Of a stretch of 64,000 bases of DNA, positions 54,920-64,000 are shown one piece after another. Made by a program: the position numbers and the translations under genes. Under the pieces are notes generated by a model. That model had not been told where the DNA came from and ran no database searches. It saw nothing but the letters and a program-made list of their open reading frames with translations. The stretch's first letter is position 1; each line of letters opens with the position of its first letter. This DNA is from the human T2T-CHM13v2.0 reference genome, Homo sapiens: positions 6,176,001 to 6,240,000 of the forward strand of contig CP086569.2 in NCBI GenBank assembly GCA_009914755.4, read 5' to 3'.

Positions 54920-57000
54920 TGGCTAGTTTCTATGTGCTAAAAAAAGAAACGAAACACTTCCAAATTGGAAAAAAGGAAATAAAACTGTCCCTCTTTGCAA
55001 ACAACATGATAGTATGTCTACACAAATGTAAAGACTCTACCAAGAAACTTTTAGAAGTGATAAATACAGTGAAGTTTTAGGATACAAAATTAACATTAAA
55101 ACACAGGAGCATTTCCATATAGCAATAATGAAATATCCAAAAAAGAAATCAAGAAGGAAATTTTATTTACAATGCTAAAGAAAATAAAGTACCCAGGAAT
55201 AAATTTAACAATGAAGGTGGTGTTATAAGGAAAACTACAAAATACTGATGAAAGAAATTGAAGAGGACACAAACAAATTGATAAACATCCCATGTTTGTG
55301 TATCAAAATTGATATCATTAAAATTACCATACTACCCAAAGCAATCTACAGATTCAATACAATCCATATCAAAATACTAAAATCATTTTTCACAGAAATG
55401 GAAAAAAATCCTAAAACTTATATGGGAAAACAAGCCAGAATAGTCAAGCAATCCTAAGCATAAAGAACAAAATTGGAGGCATCACAGTACCTGACTTAAA
55501 AACAGATTACAAAAATATAATAACCAAAAGAGCATGATATTGGTATAAAAATAGATACAGACCAATGAAACAGAATAGACGACAGAGAAATAAATCCACA
55601 TATTTACAGGCAACTGATCTTTGACAAAGCTGCCAAGAACATACACTGGGGAAGGAAAACCTTCTTCCATAAATGGTGCTGGAAAAATTGGATAACCAGA
55701 TACAGAAGAATGAAACTGGACCCCATCTCTCACCATATACAAAAGTAACCTCAAAATGGACTAAAGACTTAAATGTAAAAGTCAAAACTATAGCAGTAGA
55801 AAACATAGGGAATATGCTTCAGGAATTGGTCTAGGCAAAATTTTTATAACTAAGACCTCAAAAGAACAGGTAACAAAAATAAAAACAAATGGGACTATAT
55901 TACACAAAAAAGCTTTGGTTGAGCAGAATAAATTATCATCAGAGTGAGGAGACAACCTCTTAAGTAGGAGAAAATGTTTTCAAATTACTTATCCAACAAG
56001 GGACTCAACAACTAAACAATAAAACAAATGCATCAATTAAAATGGCTATGTGTCACGCATAGACATTTCACAAAGGAAGACATAAAAATGGCCAACAGGC
56101 ATATGAAAAATGCTCAACATCATTAATCACCATGGAAATGCAAATCAAAATCCCAACAAAGTATCATCTCACACCAGTTAGAATGAGGATTACTAAAAAG
56201 GCAAAAAAGAAAAAAAAAAAGCAGCTGCTGGTGAGGATGCCGAATAAAGGCAACTCTTACACACTCTTGGTGTGACTGTAAATTAGTACAACCAGTATGG
56301 AAAACAGTATGAAGATTTCTCAGACAGTTAAAAAGAGAGCTACTATATGACCCAACATAGTCAGTACTGAGTATCCATTCAAAGGAATGGAAACCAATGT
56401 ATCAAAGAGATACCTGCACTCACAGGTTTATGATAGCATTATTCACAATAGTAAAGGTATGAAATCAAGCTTAGTGTTTACCAATGCTATTTAGCCATAA
56501 ACAAGAATGAAGCCTTGTCATTTTCAGCAACATGAATCGAACTGAAGGTCATTATGTTAAGTGAAATAAACCAGACACAGAGTGACAAATAATGTATGTT
56601 CTCACTCTTATGTGGGAGGTAAAAAAACAACCTCATGGACATAGAGAATTGAATGATACTTATCAGAGACTGGGAAGGGTTAATGGAAGGAAGGGTAGAT
56701 GAAGAGAGATTAGCTACGGGTACAAAAGTGCAGTTAGATAGAAGAAATAAATTGTAATGTTTGATAGCAGGTTAGGATAACTATAGTTAGCAACAGTATT
56801 ATGTATATTTTAAAGTAACCAGAAGAGGGGACTTTAAATAATACAAACACAGAAAAATGATAAACACTAAAGGTGATAGATATTCCAAGTACCCTGACTT
56901 GATCATTACACATACTGTACATGTAACAAAAACTCACATGTAGCCCATAAATATGTAAAATATTATATATATATACCAATAAAAGATTTAAAAATGCAAT
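54920..57000 (+). mobile_element. Second old L1 (L1M-type) 3' half, plus orientation. It covers ORF2 from about aa 640 to the end plus the 3' UTR, directly after the previous L1.
   Basis: The plus-strand translation ..[87 protein letters not shown].. runs through ..DISQRKT.KWPTGI.KMLNIINHHGNANQN.. The characteristic old-L1 3' end ..atataccaataaaagatttaaaaatgcaat lies at about 56970-57000. Confidence 0.7.
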
Positions 57001-58965
57001 ATCTGTGAGGTACAATAAAATGAAGTGCAATAAAACTAGGTATTCCTGCAATAGTTTGGAGGTGGAAAAAATTAATGACAGAGAGACAAGTTAGAAGGCT
57101 TAAAAAAAAGACTGGGAAAAAGAAGTTAGAACTACGGCAGTGACAATGAAGGTAGACAGGGGCAAGAAGAATAATACACATTTGGGAGTGTGATTGATAA
57201 GAACTGATAACTTACTAAATATGGCGAAAGATGAAATTGTCAAAGATGACTCAGTTTTTTGCATTGAAGAGGAATAAATTGCATTGTGATGATTCCTAAA
57301 AGACGTTTTTCTCTCACTGAATGTAAACAACTTGTTAACAGGAATGTGTCATTTTGTACTTGTTACTTTCCTTATCTGTGAAACAGAAAATATTATCTAC
57401 TATGAAGGTTATCTGCTATGAAGGTTAAAAAAAATGTCAAGGTAAAGTATTTCCTTTGTTGTTCAATAAAATTTAGCAATAATTATTATAATTGTCCACT
57501 TCTCTGCCTTTTCCAGTATTTTGGTCTGACAAGACTGGTTACTTTTTGGGACCAGGGCTCCTGTGTTGCAAAACTCTAGGATCATCAGTCACATCACAGT
57601 GTATAGGAGAAGTGCCCTTGTAGTTGTTCTATGCCACAGTTTGAGCCGCCAAATGCAGTGAACCTGCATAGGTCACTTCATATCATGCATCTGGCTTCAG
57701 GGCAGCAGCAGTTGCCGAGCAGGCTCCAAATGCTCTGCCCTGAGTTACTTTAGTTATATAAAATTTATTCCTGAACCCAAACACCTGGGAAGAAAATTCC
57801 TTACATATTTTTAATGCAGGCATATTCTCTTGGTACCAAAAGGCAATTTTACAACAAAATGAACACTACTACTTCTCCACAAAGTACTTTTTATCTGTGT
57901 ATTATGAATCGTTATAAGGCATAGCTCTGAAATACATTGAGTGAATAAAAGAAGAGCCTTATTGAATAAAGTCTTGATTAGAAAAATGTGTAATATTATT
58001 ACATATGTTTAGAATCTGATAAGAACATACTATGAGCCAGTGTCTTTTTAGTGCTACATTATTTACTGATGGTAAATTTATGGAGACATAAATTCAGATT
58101 GCTGGAACAAGATGGGGAACTCCAATTCCAGGAACCTTATCAAAATCTCTTTGCTTGATTATGTCGAGCATTTCAGAAATTATCTACTGTCATCAGTGCA
58201 GAACTTGTAAGTGAGGATGTCTTTTTAAAATTCTAATAATTTAATGATGGAATGGGCTTCCATGCATAGCTGCAAACTCCTTATACCTGGAAATATTCAA
58301 ATATTATATGATATCGTCTCGGGGATGCTATAATGATGATTCGTGAATTTTAGAGTGGAATGGAGATGTCCTCTAGGTTACCTTCTAAATCCAGAATTTT
58401 ATTCTTTAATTAGAGAAAGTTAAGAAATATAAAAAATGATTAATATGTCACTTCTACCTGTATTTTCTCCGTTTGTAATTTTATCTGTTTTCTAGGCTTT
58501 AAATGCTTAATAAATGCTAGTGATTCCCAGATCTGCAAGTCTAATCCTTATCTATTATCAGAACTCTAGGCTCTAAGATCCATCTTCCTATTTGACATTT
58601 CTCCTGGAATACCTACTGTATACCTTACATTTAATATGGCTAGAACAAAAGTATTGATTTCAACTCTCTTATCCTGCCCCTTTCTTTATGTGAATTATAA
58701 AAATGGAATCCTGTTTTTAAGATACGATTATTATAAGAAAAAGTATGATATACACATAGTATTAAAATAGGACACTTTTCTGCAATCTGTAAAATGTTTC
58801 CCAAACAAATGTCAAAACATGCAATGCCTAAGTTGAGAATGGTGCTTCTCTAGGGATGTGCAGGGAACAAACTGAATAACCAAAGTAGCAGGCCTTTTAC
58901 TTCCATTAATTTCTCTTTCTGTGTTTCCCATCTCAATAAATGCAACTAGATTTCAATCTACTGGT

Positions 58966-58992
58966 AAAGTAAAAAAAAAAAAAAAAAAAACT
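58966..58992 (+). repeat. Poly(A) tract of about 27 nt, with an AATAAA signal 26 nt upstream at 58935-58940.
   Basis: ..ctcaataaatgcaactagatttcaatctactggtaaagt followed by an A27 run. This geometry fits a retroposed polyadenylated transcript 3' end. Confidence 0.5.
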
Positions 58993-60730
58993 TTGATTCC
59001 TTTTTTTTTTCTTACTCTCCATATCCAGTTTATCTGTAAATTCTGTTAATTCTACATCCAAAATATATACTAAAATTCTAGTTGCTTTCCTCCCTATTAT
59101 CTCTCTAGTCTAAGCCATTATTATAGCTCTCTCTACCATATCCTGTTATGTAGTCTCTTTGCTTCTTCTCCTATAAGCCACTCTCCATAGAGCAACAAGA
59201 AATAAATTTAAAACAAAATAATCATAAATCAGATCATTTCATGCCCAAGCTTACCAGGCCTGTATCCAAAAGAAATCTTTTCTTCTACCTTCTTAGCTTT
59301 ATACTTTGGAGCCTACAAAGTAAGCTGACAAAAGACAGACCAGCAAGAGAAAAAACAGGTTTAATCCTGTACTATGTATGAGATTTCACAGAAAAATGTG
59401 ACTCAAGGAAGCATTTAGAATTTGGGGCTTTTCATACCACCTTAATAGGAAAAGTGGAAGGAGAGAAGGGCATTTACAGAAAAATAAATGACTTCTTAAT
59501 AGGTGAAATAGGGAAGGTATAGTGCACTTGTGGAAAAACAATTTTTAGGAAAAAAAAGGGGTCTTAGGAGAATAGATGGAAAATATGACCGTTTTATCAT
59601 ATCTGTTTGGGTGTGATGTAAAGTTATATAAAATTCTGAATAACTCATCTCTGGTGATAAGTCAGTCTTCCTTGGTTGCCGCAAGGGAGGAGATTTATGA
59701 CAATTGGGTTCTTTTGCATTCTTTTGGGAGGCTCTGCTTTTAGACAGATCAAAATTTTTATGCATTCACCTTTCTTAAGCTCAAGATAATTTTATGCTAC
59801 ACTGGTCTACTTTGGACTTCTTTGCCTGCTACATCATAATCTACATGGGGAAACATTCATAGAAATATTAGGTGAATTGTATCCCTAGGAATTGTGTAAC
59901 ACAATGGCCATTTAAATCCTTTGTTTTCTTCCCTTTATTATGGAATAAAAACCAAATTACATACCTTGGCCCCATGATCTGGCCTCTGTCTTCTTCTACA
60001 ACTTCATCTTGAACCACTTTTCCATTAACCCCTTTGCTTTAGGAATACCAATGCTCTTTTTTAAAAAATATACTATCTAAGTTCCCATATTATACTCTTT
60101 GAACTACCTGTTCCCACTTTCTGGACTGGTCGTCTCCGTGATGTCACACTGCTGGACCTCAGTATCGTTTAGATTTTAGATACATATCACCTCCTCAAAT
60201 GGTCCTTCACTAACTCTTAGGGTTCCATTCACTCTATTGTATCATTTACCATCATTTTTTACACATAAGTTGTTTCTGTTTAATTTTTAATATTTATTTC
60301 TTATTTGTTTCTCACTGCTTGATCTCTTGTACAAGTGTCAGCTACTGAAAACCAATAACCAGCACCTAGAACAGTAACTGATACACAGTAGGAACATCAT
60401 AGCTATTTATACAACAAGAAGATAATGCAATGAAGTTCATTTATTAGAGTCTTACGTTCAATTAATAGGTTTTTGAAATCCCTCCCTTTTGGTCATTTCA
60501 TCTAATGTCTTCTTTCCCCTACCTTTTTTATTTACTATTCTTATATATATTTTTTCACCTCCAACAATCTGTTACTATTTCTTATTGTCTCTTTCACCTC
60601 TGTACCTTACCCTTCCCTTTCTCTTGCTCTCCACCCTTAACTAGTAATGCCTGTATTATATTTTTAATGTATGTTGGTCTCTTTAAACCAAGTTTAGTAT
60701 GAGACTAGTATTCAGGGCTTTCTTTCTTTC

Positions 60731-61011
60731 TTTTTTTTTTTGAAACGGAGTCTTGCTCTGTGGCCCAGGCTGGAGGTAATCTCAGCTCACTGTAAGCTCC
60801 GCCTCTGGGGTTCACGCCATTCTCCTGCCTCAGCCTCCCAAGTAGCTGGGACTACGGCACCCACCACCACGCTCGCCTAATTTTTTGTATTTTTAGTAGA
60901 GACAGGGTTTCACCGTGTTAGCCAGGGTGGTCTCCATCTCCTGACCTCATGATCTGCCCTCCTCGGCCTCCCAAAATACTGGGATTACAGGTGTGAGGCA
61001 CCGCGCCCAGC
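60731..61011 (-). mobile_element. Alu (AluS/Y), minus orientation.
   Basis: tttttttttttgaaacggagtcttgctctgtggcccaggctggag...gggattacaggtgtgaggcaccgcgcccagcc. Confidence 0.95.
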
Positions 61012-62894
61012 CATATTCAGGGCCTCCTGTGCTTAAAACACTGCTTCTACAGATTTGGGAGATGTAATGATGAATAAAATACAAGTCCTGCCCTTAGTAG
61101 TTAGTATCTAATAGAAGAGGCAAACTATAAATACAGTAAGTGAGCTTTAAAGAGAAAAATGGTGTGGAAAAATTACTGAGTGTGGGCTGAATGTAACTAA
61201 CTTATGAAAGCTGAAACACTGTTGTTAAAAGTCTGCTTTTTGAAATATTTTATATTATTGGTATGGTTGTTCTCTGGGCATGACATAGCAAGTTGAGTGA
61301 AAGAGAAATAGGAAGTGGGACTCCATTCCGGACCAGACTGAGAAACAGGGAAGAATCCGAAGCACCTCTCCATAAGACATGCCCACCAGAGTTATGAGAG
61401 TTTACCCTTCCCTGGCAATGACCCAGAAGTTACCACCCCTTTTCTAGACATTTCTGAATAACCTACACCTTAATTTTCATGTAATTAAAATTGATATAAA
61501 AGCTGCTTCAGAACTGCCCTGAACTGCTACTCTAGATAAACTGCTTGTGAGGTAGTCCTGCTCTGCAGGAGGAGTCATGGAGCTCTAACACTGCTACTTC
61601 AATAAAGCTGTTTCCTTCTACCACCAGCTCACCCTTGAATTCCTTCTTGGAAGAAGCCAAGAACCAATTATTTTTAAAAGGTTTTTCCAGAATACACCAC
61701 CATTTCTTTAAGATCTGAAGACAAGGAATGGTGATTCGATAGTAAAAATTATCTCTTACTGGGATCATGGGTTATGTACATATTTGGTTGTGATGCCCGG
61801 GCAATCCTTACATTATGGCGTGTCCCTTTTTGTTATCTTACAACCAAAGATCTTGAGAGAAACTAAGAAAATTGTTTCTTTGAAGTCAGCTTCACTATGT
61901 GGCTTTATTACGTGAGTTGAGGTAGAATAATACAGTAAAGTAATAATGTGTTTCTCAAAATAGAAAGTTCTTCATTAATTTTATAATTACTAGAGCAGGT
62001 ATTTCTTTGAAGAAGCTGACCTACCAATTATACATTAACTTTTTTGGTAGATTAATCATTATTTTCCTCATGATTTTAGATTTTCTTCTTTGCTTTTCAT
62101 AAAAAAGCAGCTGCAGTGTGTGGCTAATTTTTCTTTGAGCAAAAAGAAAATGTCTCCAGCTCAATAGGTGTTTAATGTCAGATATGATTTTTTTATTTTG
62201 TAATTTAAAACGGTTTTTGCAGGTTTAGCTTCATCAGGCAGGGAAGATATGACAAGTTTTTGAATTTAGCCTCATTCTTGAAGATAAAATAAAATTTATT
62301 TTATTCAGTGTTTGATGTTTACCCTGCTACATACACTCTGCCAGTCTAGATTGAGTGCTAAAAGAAAATATAAAACCTTTTTGCATGCAGATCTATTTGA
62401 AGGCTCCCTGGAGATAAGGCTGTTTTAGTTTTTTTTTTAGATGATATCATCTTGTCACAATGACAAAGCAACCGGGAAACTACAAACTTAGAGTGTTATT
62501 TTTATTTGTTTTAAAAACACAGCTATGACCCTCATGTCTTCAGTCATCTGTTCCTAATGTAATTTTTAAAATTAAACGTTAATATAAATGAAATAGCTAA
62601 AAATTGACATTACCCTAACAAAAGAAACAAAGTTAAATGACTTGTTTCTGTAGAACAAATACTTTACTTTCTCTTGAACCTGCAAATTAGAAGAAAATTA
62701 AATATTCCACATATTTTTTGAAGATTAGATATATCTAAATATAAAAGTTCAGAGATTTTACTGTTTTTCATAAATAACTGTTCCTGTGCACATGTGGAGT
62801 AGACATTCACCTAAATGGTGTAGATAAAGGAACACCACGCAAGTATAGTCACACATCACTTAATAGTGGGGATACTTTCTGGGAAATGTGTCAT

Positions 62895-63090
62895 TAGAGA
62901 ATTTTCTCATTGTGTGAACATTATAGAGCGTACTTATACAAACCTAGATGGTATAGCCTACTACACCCCTAGGCTCGCTGGTATAGCCTAAGGCTCCTAG
63001 GCTATAAACATATACAGCATGCTACTGTACTAAATACTGTAGGTCATGGTAACACAATGGTATGTATTTGTATCTAAATATAGAATGGGT
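62895..63090. mobile_element. Fragment of a common primate interspersed repeat. The family is not assigned.
   Basis: acaaacctagatggtatagcctactacacccctaggctcgctggtatagcctaaggctcctaggctataaacatatacagcatgctactgtactaaatactgtaggtcatggtaacacaatggtatgtatttgtatctaaatatagaa matches a frequently seen repeat (..cctagatggtatagcctattgctcctaggctacaaacctgtacagcatgttactgtactgaatactgtaggcaattgtaacacaatggtaagtatttgtgtatctaaacatagaaaagg..). Confidence 0.45.
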
Positions 63091-64000
63091 CCAGTGATTA
63101 GTCCAGTCATTTCTCTGCATTAAATAAAAGTAGGTGCACTGTCTCTAGAAAGTCACTATCTAAATTACATTGTTACCTGGCAGGGTATGATTTCTTTGTC
63201 ATTGCTCTAGGACATTAACATGAGCTGGATTTTTGTTTTATTTTATTTTAACCTAGAGTAAGACATTCTTACCTCTGCAGGATCAAAGAGTCTCGCTTGG
63301 AGGAGAAAACAATAGTAGAGGGAAATTTAGATGAGGGTCATAAAAAGTTTTCAAATTAAAATTTAGTGTCCAGAATATAGCACTGGGGAAAGTAGCACAT
63401 CTCCGTAGTAAAGACAACTTCTGGTGTGCCCTGCCTCTCTTAAAGTGGAAAAGAAGCTCATGTAACCAGGTATGAGAATGAAGGTCAAAAGTGAGAAAGG
63501 ACAGTATCAAATCCTACATAAATCAGTCTCAGAGAATGTTGACTTGAGTGAACATCAACATGAGATAATGTTTAAGAAAAGGCAGAAGAAATAGGTATGT
63601 ATATGGACTAGAATATTGTGGTAGGGGGAGTGGCATCTAAAGGGCAAGAAGTGTAAGGGCAAACTTTCCTAATTTCCTTAGGTTTATTGCTGCATCCACA
63701 GTCTATAGGTGAATAATGAGGATATGTTGATTTCAACCTTCCTGAGGGCAGAAGCTATAGTGTAGGTCTATAGAATCTTCCATAAAACCTTGAATAGCTC
63801 TAGGCATAATGATGGCTTATTAATTAATTGTACAAAATAAAGTTATACTTAGGAGACCCATCAGTTTGTTAGTAGGGCAGAAATACATGTTTCTCTCTTT
63901 TTTCATTATACTTGCTAGACTATTTTTAGAGCAGCTTTAGATTTATAGAAAAATGAAGCAGAGAGTATCTGTATACCTCCCCATTCCCTGACTTGCACAA

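Overview
This window is catarrhine-primate nuclear DNA, most likely human. It carries AluS/AluY, young L1PA 3' ends, MaLR LTRs and a pogo/Tigger relic. It is AT-rich and repeat-dominated. I found no prokaryotic-style genes or operons, and almost all of the supplied six-frame ORFs are artifacts of repeats or GC-rich DNA.

The window holds four notable blocks:
- **Satellite array, 1-4255.** A tandem array of about 60-63 bp units, made of two alternating ~30-bp half-units. The window start truncates it, and its last third has drifted into a different subfamily.
- **Serine-protease gene relic, 5580-11313, plus strand.** These are exon relics of a tryptase/prostasin/testisin-type serine-protease gene. 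I see two paralogous copies of the His-region exon, an Asp exon, a KDS exon and a Ser exon. All are flanked by consensus splice sites and are phase-compatible. The catalytic His or its partner Cys is mutated, the catalytic Ser is mutated, and both His exons are frameshifted. I read this as a pseudogene or a dead-protease homolog.
- **TSPY-family 5' end, 12090-13015.** About 1.2 kb downstream of the protease relic lies a CpG-island promoter with an inverted CCAAT box. It is followed by exon 1 of a TSPY-family gene that ends exactly at the conserved GFWANV|gt splice donor. The copy is roughly 80-85% identical to human TSPY1 and its N-terminal third is frame-disturbed. I could not find TSPY exons 2-6 downstream. 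I interpret it as an orphan promoter plus first exon, or a gene fragment.
- **Hairpin minisatellite, 24825-29915.** About 137 copies of a 37-bp AT-rich unit that carries up to 5 CpGs. Each unit contains a 12-bp inverted repeat around a 10-nt spacer, so it is hairpin- or cruciform-capable. It shows internal subfamily and higher-order structure.

The rest is interspersed repeats. These include an L1PA 3' fragment with a twin-priming-type 5' inversion, a head-to-head L1 pair, a roughly 7-kb old L1 cluster with internal inversions, a THE1 and an MST LTR, several Alus, microsatellites, a polypyrimidine tract and a poly(A) tail with an AATAAA signal.

I could not establish the chromosome; the TSPY homology suggests a Y-linked or Y-derived segment. 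Every family assignment rests on my reading of motifs and was not checked by database search.
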